Position numbers and translations under genes: made by a program
In this document: piece by piece, positions 1-10,604 of the stretch
Position numbering within the stretch: position 1 is the first letter of the stretch
Layout of the letters: the number at the start of each line of letters is the position of its first letter
Origin: Heterodontus francisci
Taxonomy: Eukaryota
Assembly (NCBI RefSeq): GCF_036365525.1
Contig: NC_090399.1
Span: 57,878,430-57,942,429, forward strand
Direction of reading: 5' to 3'
DNA: 64,000 nt
The notes under the pieces: model-generated
Database searches by the model: none
The model's input: the letters and a program-made list of their open reading frames with translations, nothing else
What the model was told of the DNA's origin: nothing

Positions 1-104
1 AGGGACATGGGGAGGGTTCAGAGAGAGACGGTGGGGGGGGGGGGGGTGTGCGTGGTGGGATAGTGACACGGGAGTTGAGAAAAACCAGGGGAGTTGGGGG
101 AATA

Positions 105-1005
105 GAAACATACATAGAAACATAGAAAATTGGAGCAGGAGTAGGACATTCGGCCCTTCGAGCCTGCTCCACCATTCATTATGATCATAGCTGATCGCTG
201 TGGTTAGCACCGCAGCCTCACAGCTCCAGCGACCTGGGTTCAATTCTGGGTACTGCCTGTGTGAAGTTTGCAAGTTCTCCCTGTGTCTGCGTGGGTTTTC
301 TCCGGGTGCTCCGGTTTCCTCCCACAGCCAATAGACTTGCAGGTTGATAGGTAAATTGGCCATTATAAATTGCCCCTAGTATAGGTAGGTGGTAGGGAAA
401 TATAGAGACAGGTGGGGGATGTAGTAGAAATATGTATAGGATTAGTATAAATGGGTGGTTAATGGTCGGCACAGACTCGGTGGGCCGAAGGGCCTGTTTC
501 AGTGCTGTATCTCTAAATCTAAATCTAAATCCAACTCAGTAACCTGGTCCCGCTTTCGCCCCATACCCTTTGATCCCTTTAGACCCAAGAGCTATATCTA
601 ACTCCTTCTTGAAAACATACTATGTTTTGGCCTCAACTGCTTTCTGTGGTAGTGAATTCCACAGGCTCACCATTCTCTGGGTAAAGAAAGTTCTCCACAT
701 CTCAGTCCTGAAAGGTTCAAGCCCTGTTAGAATTTTATAGGTTTCTATGAGATTCTCCCTCACTCTTCTGAACTCCAGCGAATATAATCCTTAGCGACTT
801 AATCTTTCCTCATACCTCAGTCCCGCCATCCCAGGAATCAGTCTGTTAAACCTTTGCTGCACTCCCTCTATAGCAAGAACATCCTTCCTCAGATAAGGAG
901 ACCAAAACTGCTCACAATATTTCAGGTGTGGCCTCACCAAGGCCCTGTATAATTGCAACAAGACATCCCTGCTTCTGTACTCGAATCCTCTCACTATGAA
1001 GGCAT
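105..1005 (-). mobile_element. CR1-clade LINE 3' fragment (ORF2 C-terminus plus 3' tail), interrupted by a SINE
   Basis: The minus-strand translation AFIVRGFEYRSRDVLLQLYRALVRPHLKYCEQFWSPYLRKDVLAIEGVQQRFNRLIPGMAGLRYEERL is the typical CR1 ORF2 C-terminus. A short tandem tail (reads AAACATAG on +) is at about 105-130. Confidence 0.9.
197..530 (+). mobile_element. tRNA-derived V-SINE/HE1-type elasmobranch SINE, slightly 5'-truncated
   Basis: tRNA-like head (GTGGTTAGCAC...GGGTTCAATTC), V-domain-like core (GGGTTTTCTCCGGGTGCTCCGGTTTCCTCCCACA), CR1-like 3' end (GGGCCGAAGGGCCTGTTTC) and (CTAAAT)n tail. Family recognised from memory, not by a database search. Confidence 0.85.
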
Positions 1006-1009
1006 GGAG

Positions 1010-1690
1010 TGTCAAATAGATATGTGGGGGGAATAGAGAGATACGGGAGGGAGGAATAGAGAGACATGGGGGTAGAATAAAGACAGATGGAGGAATAGAG
1101 AGACATGGGAGGGGATATAGAGAGTTACTGGGGTGAAAATAGAGCAGCAAAGGGGTGAAATACAGAGACACGGGGGGCATAGAGAGAGAGAGAGACGGAT
1201 GGGTGTATAGAGAAACATTGTGGGGGAGGCAGTTGAGAGACTGGGGTCTAATAGAAAGACACCGTAGTGGAACAGTGAGACTTGGAGGGAATAGAGAGAC
1301 ATGATGGGGTTTGGGGGGCGGGGGGGGGGGGAGGGGTTGGGGGTTGGGAATAGAGAGACACTGGGGTGGAGTAGAGAGGCACAGAGTGGTGTAGAGAGAG
1401 ATGTGGGGGAGGAGGCAATTGAGAGATGGGGGTCCAATAGGAAGACACCTTGGTGGAAAAGAGAGACTTGGAGGGGAATAGAGAGAGATGGGGGAATAGA
1501 GAGACACGGAGAGAGGAATAGAGAGACAGGGTGGTGGAATAGACAAATATGGGAGGGGGAAATAGACACAACGGTGGGGAATAGAGAGACACGGTGAGGC
1601 TTGAATTTAGGAATATGAGACAGTAAATAGACATGAGGAAAATGTAGAGAGAAACAGTGGTGCGGGAATAGAGAGCATTGTGGGAGGGCA
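1010..1690. repeat. Degenerate purine-rich repeat (GGGAATAGAGAGACAC-like units) in MHC intron 2
   Basis: The core GAATAGAGAGA recurs many times with variable G-rich spacers. Confidence 0.7.
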
Positions 1691-1699
1691 AGGTCTCAC

Positions 1700-1960
1700 C
1701 ACCCGTCTGGTTGGTCCGGTTTAAGGCGGTCTGAATATTGGTCTGTCCAATGTGCTCCGAACTCCGCAGGATCTGTGTCTGCTGTTCCCAGTACTCAGGG
1801 CCCTGACTCTCCGCCATCCACTGCTGCCGAGAGATTACTTCCTGAAGATTGCTGTCGTAGTAATCAATCGTAGCATCGTCCACATAACCGACGGCCACAA
1901 ACTCTGGCAGACCAGGAATCGGGGTCATTGCCGTGTAGAAATACCGGAGAGAGTGAGATC
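1700..1960 (-). CDS. UAA-like: MHC class I heavy chain exon 2 (alpha-1 domain), elasmobranch UAA-like
   Basis: The 261-nt exon lies between TGTGTTTCAG (AG at 1961-1962) and GTGAG (1695-1699), phase 1/1. It encodes GSHSLRYFYTAMTPIPGLPEFVAVGYVDDATIDYYDSNLQEVISRQQWMAESQGPEYWEQQTQILRSSEHIGQTNIQTALNRTNQTG, with Y7, Y59, the non-mammalian R84 and the N86 sequon. The lineage call is from remembered shark sequences. Confidence 0.97.
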
Positions 1961-1963
1961 CTG

Positions 1964-4900
1964 AAACACAGAAAGACATCAGGCATGAACCCCAAAACAC
2001 CAACCCAACAGAGAGAAAGAGAGAGAGAGAGACATCAGGGCATCAACTCCAAATCACCAACCCCACAGAGCGAGTGAGACATCAGAGCATGAACCCCAAA
2101 ACACAAACCCAACAGAGAGAGAGAGAGAGAGACATCAGAGCATGAACCCCAAAACACCAACCCAACAGAGAGAAAGAGAGAGAGACATCAGGGCATGAAC
2201 ACGAAAACATCAACACCACAGAGAGAGAGAGAGAGAGAGAGAGACATCAGGGCATCAACCCCAAATCACCAACCCCACAGAGCGAGTGAGACATCAGAGC
2301 ATGAACCCCAAAACACAAACCCAACAGAGAGAGAGAGAGAGAGAGAGAGACATCAGGGCATGAACCCCAAAACATCAACCCCACAGAGAGAGAGAGAGAG
2401 AGAGAGAGACATCAGAGCATGAACCCCAAAACACCAACCCCACAGAGCGAGTGAGACATCAGAGCATGAACCCCAAAACACAAACCCAACAGAGAGAGAG
2501 AGAGAGAGAGAGAGACATCAGGGCATGAACCCCAAATCACCAACCCCACAGAGCGAGTGAGACATCAGAGCATGAACCCCAAAACACAAACCCAACAGAG
2601 AGAGAGAGAGAGAGAGAGACATCAGGGCATGAACCCCAAAACATCAACCCCACAGAGATAGAAAGACATCAGGGCATCAACGCTAAAACACCAACTGTAC
2701 AGAGAGAGAGCTCAGGGCATGAACCCCAAATCAACAGCCCCACAGAGAGAGAGACATCAGGGCATGAACCCCAAAACACAAACCCAACAGAGAGAGAGAG
2801 AGAGACATCAGGGCATCAACCTCAAATCATCAACACCACAGAGAGAGACATCAGGGCATAAACCCCAAAACACAAACCCAACAGAGAGAGAAAGAGAGAG
2901 ACATCAGGGCATAAACCCCAAAACACAAACCCAACAGAGAGAGAGAGAGAGAGACATCAGGGCATGAACCCCAAAACACCAACCTCACAGAGAGAGAGAG
3001 AGAGAGAGAGAGACATCAGGGCATCAACCTCAAAACATCAACACCACAGAGAGAGACATCAGGGCATGAACCCCAAAACACAACCCCACAGAGCGAGAGA
3101 GAGAGAGAGAGAGACATCAGGGCATGAACCCCAAAACACAAACCCAACAGAGAGAGAGAGAGAGAGACATCAGGGCATGAACCCCAAAACACCAACCTCA
3201 CAGAGAGAGACATCAGGGCATGAACCCCAAATCATCAACACCACAGAGAGTGAGAGAGAGAGAGAGAGACATCAGGGCATGAACCCCAAAACATCAACCC
3301 CACAGAGAGAAAGAGAGAGAGACATCAGGGCATGAACCCTAAAACACCAACCCCACAGAGAGAGAGAGAGAGGCATCAGGGCATGAACCCCAAAACATCA
3401 ACCCCACAGAGAGAGAAAGACATCAGGGCATGAACCCCAAAATACCAACCCCACAGAGAAAGAGAGACATCAGGGCATGAACCCCAAATCACCAACCCCA
3501 CAGAGAGAGAGAGAGAAAGACATCAGGGCATGAACCCCAAAACATCAACCGCACAGAGAGACACATCAGGGCATGAACCCCAAAACACCAACCCCACAAA
3601 GAGAGAGAGAGAAAGACATCAGGGCATGAACCCCAAAATACCAACCCCACAGAGAAAGAGAGACATCAGGGCATGAACCCCAAATCACCAACCCCACAGA
3701 GAGAGAGAGACAGCAGGGCATGAACCCCAAAACATCAACCCCACAGAGAAAGAGAGACATCAGGGCATGAACCCCAAAACAACAACCCCACAGAGAGAGA
3801 GACATCAGGGCATGAACCCCAAAACATCAACCCCACAGAGAGAGAGAGAGAGACATCAGGGCATGAACCCCAAAACACCAACCCCACAGAGAAAGAGAGA
3901 CATCAGGGCATGAACCCCAAAACATCAACCCCACAGAGAGAGAGACATCAGGGCATGAACCCCAAAACAACAACCCCACAGAGAGAGAGAGAGAGACATC
4001 AGGGCATGAACCCCAAATCAACAACCCCACAGAGAGAGAAAGACATCAGGGCATGAACGCTGAAACACCAAACGCACAAAGAGAGAGAGAGAAAGACATC
4101 AGGGCATGAACCCCAAAACATCAACCCCACAGAGAGAGAGAGAGAGAGAGATCAGGGCATGAACCCCAAAACATCAACCCCACAGAGAGAGAGACATCAG
4201 GGCATGAACCCCAAAACAACAACCCCACAGAGAGAGAGAGAGAGACATCAGGGCATGAACCCCAAATCAACAACCCCACAGAGAGAGAAAGACATCAGGG
4301 CATGAACGCTGAAACACCAAACGCACAAAGAGAGAGAGAGAAAGACATCAGGGCATGAACCCCAAAACATCAACCCCACAGAGAGAGAGAGAGAGAGAGA
4401 TCAGGGCATGAACCCCAAAACACCAACCCCAGAGAGAGAGAGAGAGACATCAGGGCATGAACCCCAAAACACCAACCCCAGAGAGAGAGAGAGAGACATC
4501 AGGGCATGAACCCCAAAACAACAACCCCACAGAGAGAGAGAGAGAGACATCAGGGCATGAACCCCAAAACATCAACCCCACAGAGAGAGAGAGAGACATC
4601 AGGGCATGAACCCCAAAACACCAACCCCAGAGAGAGAGAGAGAGACATCAGGGCATGAACCCCAAAACAACAACCCCACAGAGAGAGAGAGAGAGAGAGA
4701 CATCAGGGCATGAACCCCAAAACACCAACCCCAGAGAGAGAGAGAGAGAGAGAGATCAGGGCATGAACCCCAAAACACCAACCCCAGAGAGAGAGAGAGA
4801 GAGAGAGAGAGACATCAGGGCATGAACCCCAAAACACAAACCCAACAGAGAGAGAGAGAGAGAGACATCAGGGCATGAACCCCAAAACACCAACCTCACA

Positions 4901-6665
4901 GAGAGAGACATCAGGGCATGAACCCCAAATCATCAACACCACAGAGAGTGAGAGAGAGAGAGAGAGACATCAGGGCATGAACCCCAAAACATCAACCCCA
5001 CAGAGAGAAAGAGAGAGAGACATCAGGGCATGAACCCTAAAACACCAACCCCACAGAGAGAGAGAGAGAGGCATCAGGGCATGAACCCCAAAACATCAAC
5101 CCCACAGAGAGAGAAAGACATCAGGGCATGAACCCCAAAATACCAACCCCACAGAGAAAGAGAGACATCAGGGCATGAACCCCAAATCACCAACCCCACA
5201 GAGAGAGAGAGAGAAAGACATCAGGGCATGAACCCCAAAACATCAACCGCACAGAGAGACACATCAGGGCATGAACCCCAAAACACCAACCCCACAAAGA
5301 GAGAGAGAGAAAGACATCAGGGCATGAACCCCAAAATACCAACCCCACAGAGAAAGAGAGACATCAGGGCATGAACCCCAAATCACCAACCCCACAGAGA
5401 GAGAGAGACAGCAGGGCATGAACCCCAAAACATCAACCCCACAGAGAAAGAGAGACATCAGGGCATGAACCCCAAAACAACAACCCCACAGAGAGAGAGA
5501 CATCAGGGCATGAACCCCAAAACATCAACCCCACAGAGAGAGAGAGAGAGACATCAGGGCATGAACCCCAAAACACCAACCCCACAGAGAAAGAGAGACA
5601 TCAGGGCATGAACCCCAAAACATCAACCCCACAGAGAGAGAGACATCAGGGCATGAACCCCAAAACAACAACCCCACAGAGAGAGAGAGAGAGACATCAG
5701 GGCATGAACCCCAAATCAACAACCCCACAGAGAGAGAAAGACATCAGGGCATGAACGCTGAAACACCAAACGCACAAAGAGAGAGAGAGAAAGACATCAG
5801 GGCATGAACCCCAAAACATCAACCCCACAGAGAGAGAGAGAGAGAGAGATCAGGGCATGAACCCCAAAACATCAACCCCACAGAGAGAGAGAGAGAGACA
5901 TCAGGGCATGAACCCCAAAACACCAACCCCAGAGAGAGAGAGAGAGACATCAGGGCATGAACCCCAAAACAACAACCCCACAGAGAGAGAGAGAGACATC
6001 AGGGCATGAACCCCAAAACATCAACCCCACAGAGAGAGAGAGAGACATCAGGGCATGAACCCCAAAACACCAACCCCAGAGAGAGAGAGAGAGACATCAG
6101 GGCATGAACCCCAAAACAACAACCCCACAGAGAGAGAGAGAGAGAGAGACATCAGGGCATGAACCCCAAAACACCAACCCCAGAGAGAGAGAGAGAGAGA
6201 GAGATCAGGGCATGAACCCCAAAACACCAACCCCAGAGAGAGAGAGAGAGAGAGAGAGAGACATCAGGGCATGAACCCCAAAACACCAACACCACAGAGA
6301 GAGAGAGAGAGAGAGAGAGACATCAGGGCATGAACCCCAAAACACCAACCCCAGAGAGAGAGAGAGAGAGAGAGAGACATCAGGGCATGAACCCCAAAAC
6401 ATCAACCCCAGAGAGAGAGAGAGAGAGAGAGAGACATCAGGGCATGAACCCCAAAACACCAACACCACAGAGAGAGAGAGAGAGACATCAGGGCATGAAC
6501 CCCAAAACATCAAGGCCACAGAGAGCGACAGAGGGACATCAGGAGATGAACCCCAAATCCTCAACTGCGCGCTCACACAGACACCCCATCTCCCACAGAT
6601 ATCAGAGCATAAAGCCTAAAACAGCAATGCCATACATATATAGAGAGTGACATCAGGGCAAGAAG
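1964..6665. repeat. Intron-1 minisatellite A: GACATCAGGGCATGAACCCCAAAACACCAACCCCACA(GA)n, about 45-55 bp, roughly 95 copies
   Basis: Directly visible, with an internal (GA)n of variable length. Identical ORFs recur at offsets of 1698 bp (3566/5264, 3827/5525) and 1449 bp (4599/6048). Confidence 0.97.
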
Positions 6666-6714
6666 CCCAAACACAAAACCCACAGTGACAGTATATGAAC
6701 CCAAAGATGCATCC

Positions 6715-8730
6715 AAGCAACACAAAATAGAGCCCATATGAATAAACACCAACACAACACAGAGCCCCTGTAAATAAACCCCAACACAACACAGAGCCCC
6801 TGGAAATAAACACCCACACAACACAACATAGAGGCCCTGTAAATAAACACCAACACAACACAGAGCCCCTGGAAATAAACACCAACACAACACAGAGCCC
6901 CTATAAATAAACACCAACACAACACAGAGCCCCTGTAAATAAACACCAACACAACACAGAGCCCCTGTAAATAAACACCAACACAACACAGAGCCCCTGT
7001 AAATAAACACAACACAACACAGAGCCCCTGGAAATTAACATCAATACAACACAGAGCCCCTATAAATAAACACCAACACAACACAGAGCCCCTGTAAATA
7101 AACACCAACACAACACAGAGCCCCTGTAAATAAACACCAACACAACACAGAGCCCCTGTAAATAAACCCCAATAAAACACAGAGCCCCTATAAATAAACC
7201 CCAACATAACACAGAGCCCCTGGAAATTAACATCAATACAACACAGAGCCCCTGTAAATAAACACCAACACAACACAGAGCCCCTGTAAATAAATCCCAA
7301 TAAAACACAGAGCCCCTATAAATAAACACCAACACAAAACAGAGCTCCTGGAAATAAACCCCAACACAACACAGAGCCCCTATAAATAAACCCCAGCACA
7401 ACACAGAGCCCCTGTAATTATACCCCAACACAACACAGAGCCCCTATAAATAAACCCCAACATAACACATAGCCCCTGGAAATTAACACCAATGCAACAC
7501 AGAGCCCCTGTAAATAAACACCAACACAACACAGAGCCCCTGGAAATAAACCCCAATAAAACACAGAGCCCCTATAAATAAACACCAACACAAAACAGAG
7601 CCCCTGGAAATAAACCCCAACACAACACAGAGCCCTTATAAATAAACCCCAGCACAACACAGAGCCCCTATAAATAAACCCCAACATAACACAGAGCCCC
7701 TGGAAATTAACACCAATACAACACAGAGCCCCTGGAAATAAACCCCAACACAACACAGAGCCCTTATAAATAAACCCCAGCACAACACAGAGCCCCTATA
7801 AATAAACCCCAACATAACACAGAGCCCCTGGAAATTAATACCAATACAACACAGAGCCCCTATAAATAAACACCAACACAACACAGAGCCCCTGTAAATA
7901 AACACAACACAACACAGAGCCCCTGTAAATAAACACAACACAACACAGAGCCCCTGAAAATAAACACCAACACAACACAGAGCCCCTGTAAATAAACCCC
8001 AGCACAACACAGAGCCCCTATAAATAAACACCAACACAACACAGAGCCCCTGTAAATAAACCCCAGCACAACACAGAGCCCCTGTAAATAAACCCCAATA
8101 AAACACAGAGCCCCTGGAAATTATCACCAATACAACACAGAGCCCCTGTAAATAAACACCAACACAACACAGAGCCCCTGTAAATAAACACAACACAACA
8201 CAGAGCCCCTGTAAATAAACACAACACAACACAGAGCCCCTGTAAATAAACACCAACACAACACAGAGCCCCTGTAAATAAACCCCAGCACAACACAGAG
8301 CCCCTATAAATAAACACCAACACAACACAGAGCCCCTGTAAATAAACACAACACAACACAGAGCCCCTGTAAATAAACACCAACACAACACAGAGCCCCT
8401 GTAAATAAACCCCAGCACAACACAGAGCCCCTATAAATAAACACCAACACAACACAGAGCCCCTGGAAATAAACCCCAGCACAACACAGAGCCCCTGTAA
8501 ATAAACCCCAGCACAACACAGAGCCCCTGTAAATAAACCCCAACACAACACAGAGCCCCTGGAAATAAACACCAACACAACACATGGTCCCTGTAACTAA
8601 ACCTCAACACAACAGAGCATCCTGTAAATAAAACCCAACATAACTCAGAGCCTCTGTAAATAAACCAGTACACATCACAGAGGGCCTGTAAATAAACCCC
8701 AACATAACACAACACAATACAGAGCCCCTG
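6715..8730. repeat. Intron-1 minisatellite B: 32-bp AAATAAACACCAACACAACACAGAGCCCCTGT, about 60 copies
   Basis: Directly visible. The 32-aa periodicity of the spurious ORFs equals three 32-bp units. Confidence 0.97.
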
Positions 8731-8734
8731 TTAT

Positions 8735-9207
8735 CCATAGGGGTGGATTTATGCTCCAGCTGAACAGAGCTTTGGCTAGAGCACATCTGGAGAGCTGTGT
8801 TTAGTTCTGAACACTGCACCTCTGGAATGATCTATTGGGCTTGGAGTGGGTACAGGGCAGATTGATTGGGTTCAGGACAAATTGCTTAGATTTGGCTCAT
8901 ATTCTCTCGCGTTTAGAAGATTAAAGGGTGAATTATTGAAGTGATTAAAATGTTACAAGAATTTGATAGAATAGATACAGCAAAACTACTTCCTGATTGG
9001 GGGAATGACGAATATGGGGATATAGTCTTCACATTGGAGCTATGCCGTTCAGGGGTGATGTCAAGAAAGACTTCTTCACACAAAGGCCAGTGGAAATTTG
9101 GAAATCGCTCGATCAAAAGGCTCTGGATGCTGGGGATCAATTGGAGTTTTCAAAATGAGAGATATTTGTTCACTAAGGGTATCAAGGGATAATGGAGCAA
9201 AGCTGGG
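8735..9207 (+). mobile_element. Decayed CR1 LINE 3' fragment
   Basis: Degenerate LVRPHLEYC-like segment (TTGGCTAGAGCACATCTGGAG) and RRLRGDLIEV-like segment (AGAAGATTAAAGGGTGAATTATTGAAGTG). Confidence 0.7.
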
Positions 9208-9860
9208 AAACAACAAGAACTTGTATTTATATAGTGCCTGTGACATTACACAATATCCCAAAGTGCTTCACAGGGGCATTACAAAACAAAATATGACAGA
9301 GGGCCACATAAGGAGATATTAGAACAGCGGATCAAAAGCTTGGTTAAAGAGGTAGGTTTTCAGGTGTGTCTTAAAGGAGGAAAGTGAGTTGGAGAGGTGG
9401 AGAGGTGTAGGGAGGGAATTCCAGAGCCTGAGGCCTTGTCAATCAAAGGTAAGGGTACCAATGGTGGAACGTTTAAAATCAGGGATGTTCCAGAGGCCAG
9501 AATTAGAGCAGTACAGATATCTCAGAGGGTTGTGGAACCGGAGGGTGTTACAGAGGTTGGAAGGGACGAGGCCATGGAGGGATTTGAAAATATGGATGAG
9601 AATTTTCAAATTGATATTTGTTTAACTGGGTGCGAGTGTAGGTCAGTGAGCACAGGGGTGATGGGTGAATGGGATTTGGTGCAAGTTAGGAAATGGGCAG
9701 CAAGGTTTTGGATGACCGCAAGGTTACAGAGGGTAGAATGTGAGAGGCAAGTCAGGAATGTGTTAGAATAGTGACGTCTGAAAGTAACAAAGACATGGAT
9801 GAGGTTTCAGCAGCAGAAGAGCTGAGAGAGGGTGATATTACAGATGTGGAAATGGTAAAT
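9208..9860 (-). mobile_element. L2-clade LINE 3' fragment
   Basis: It begins with AACAACAAGAACTTGTATTTATATAGTGCC, the reverse complement of an L2-type 3' tail. The body resembles a common shark L2 repeat, recognised from memory. Confidence 0.6.
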
Positions 9861-10096
9861 GAAGTTGAGGTACAAATCAATTATGATCAAATACAAATGC
9901 TGTTGCTATCGTTCTCTCTCTCTATCTCCATTCTGCAGTCCCATGTCCCTCACTCCCCCTAAAGTCTCTCTCCATTCTCCAGTCCCAGTGCCCAGTCTAG
10001 CACTGAAACCCTCTCAGAGCCCATTACCCACTGACCAAGGGTTAATGCCCCAGTACCCAGCCTGGCACTGAGACCCTCTCAGTCCCCATTACTCAC

Positions 10097-10145
10097 CTGC
10101 AGAGACTCCTCCACACAGGAGGACCAGTTCTATCACTCCAATCAT
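10097..10145 (-). CDS. UAA-like: MHC class I exon 1 (signal peptide) MIGVIELVLLCGGVSA|G
   Basis: ATG at 10143-10145 with A at -3 (ACAATGA). The 49-nt coding part ends G|GTGAGT (10091-10096), and this phase-1 junction joins exon 2 to give GGA-SHSLRY. The LLCGGVSA ending matches shark class I leaders. Confidence 0.93.
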
Positions 10146-10217
10146 TGTTGCTTCCCTCAACAGTCTGGGATGAACAGTTTGTGGTGAATCCTTTTCCCAA
10201 ATACTGTCTCGGGCTCT

Positions 10218-10447
10218 GAGCTGTGTCCAGTTCAGACTGTGTGATTCCTCTGCCCCGTGTTCTGGGTCTGTGAGCTGTGTCCAGTTCAGACTGTGTGATT
10301 CCTCTGCCCCGTGTTCTGGGTCTGTGAGCTGTGCCCAGTTCAGACTGTGTGATTTCTCTGCCCCGTGTTCTGGGTCTGTGAGCTGTGTCCAGTTCAGACT
10401 GTGTGATTCCTCTGCCCCGTGTTCTGGGTCTGTGAGCTGTGCCCAGT
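10218..10447. repeat. 54-bp tandem repeat (4 copies plus a partial) between the MHC promoter and the ATG
   Basis: Units start at 10218, 10272, 10326, 10380 and 10434: GAGCTGTGTCCAGTTCAGACTGTGTGATTCCTCTGCCCCGTGTTCTGGGTCTGT. Confidence 0.97.
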
Positions 10448-10498
10448 GCTGATTGCATTAAATCAGAAGATGTTGTTGGTTATTCAGACTGCTGCATA

Positions 10499-10604
10499 CT
10501 GATTGGTTCGTTGGCATATTTGTGTCCAATCAGAATAAAACTACAGTAGTCTCTGGGCGAAAAAGATTTAGAAACCAGGAGCTGTGAATTGAAAAAGGGA
10601 AAGG
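10499..10604 (-). promoter_or_regulatory. MHC class I promoter module: ISRE-like, X1 box, Y box, CCAAT box
   Basis: In gene-strand order: CCTTTCCCTTTTTC (10591-10604, ISRE-like), CCCAGAGAC (10549-10557, X1-like), CTGATTGG (10526-10533, Y box), then 19 nt to CCAATCAG (10499-10506). This order and Y-CCAAT spacing resemble mammalian class I promoters. Confidence 0.75.

Noticed and set aside
1248-2003. 251-aa ORF as a complete protein
   Set aside because: Only 1700-1960 is exonic. The flanks are intron read-through beyond clear splice sites.
1964-8730. CRISPR-like repeat-spacer array
   Set aside because: The context is a eukaryotic intron, the variable parts are (GA)n slippage and point variants rather than unique spacers, and there are no cas genes.
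10093-10458. 121-aa minus-strand ORF ending at the exon-1 donor
   Set aside because: It is mostly the 54-bp repeat and is out of frame with the true leader. It could at most be an upstream ORF if the TSS lies above 10458.
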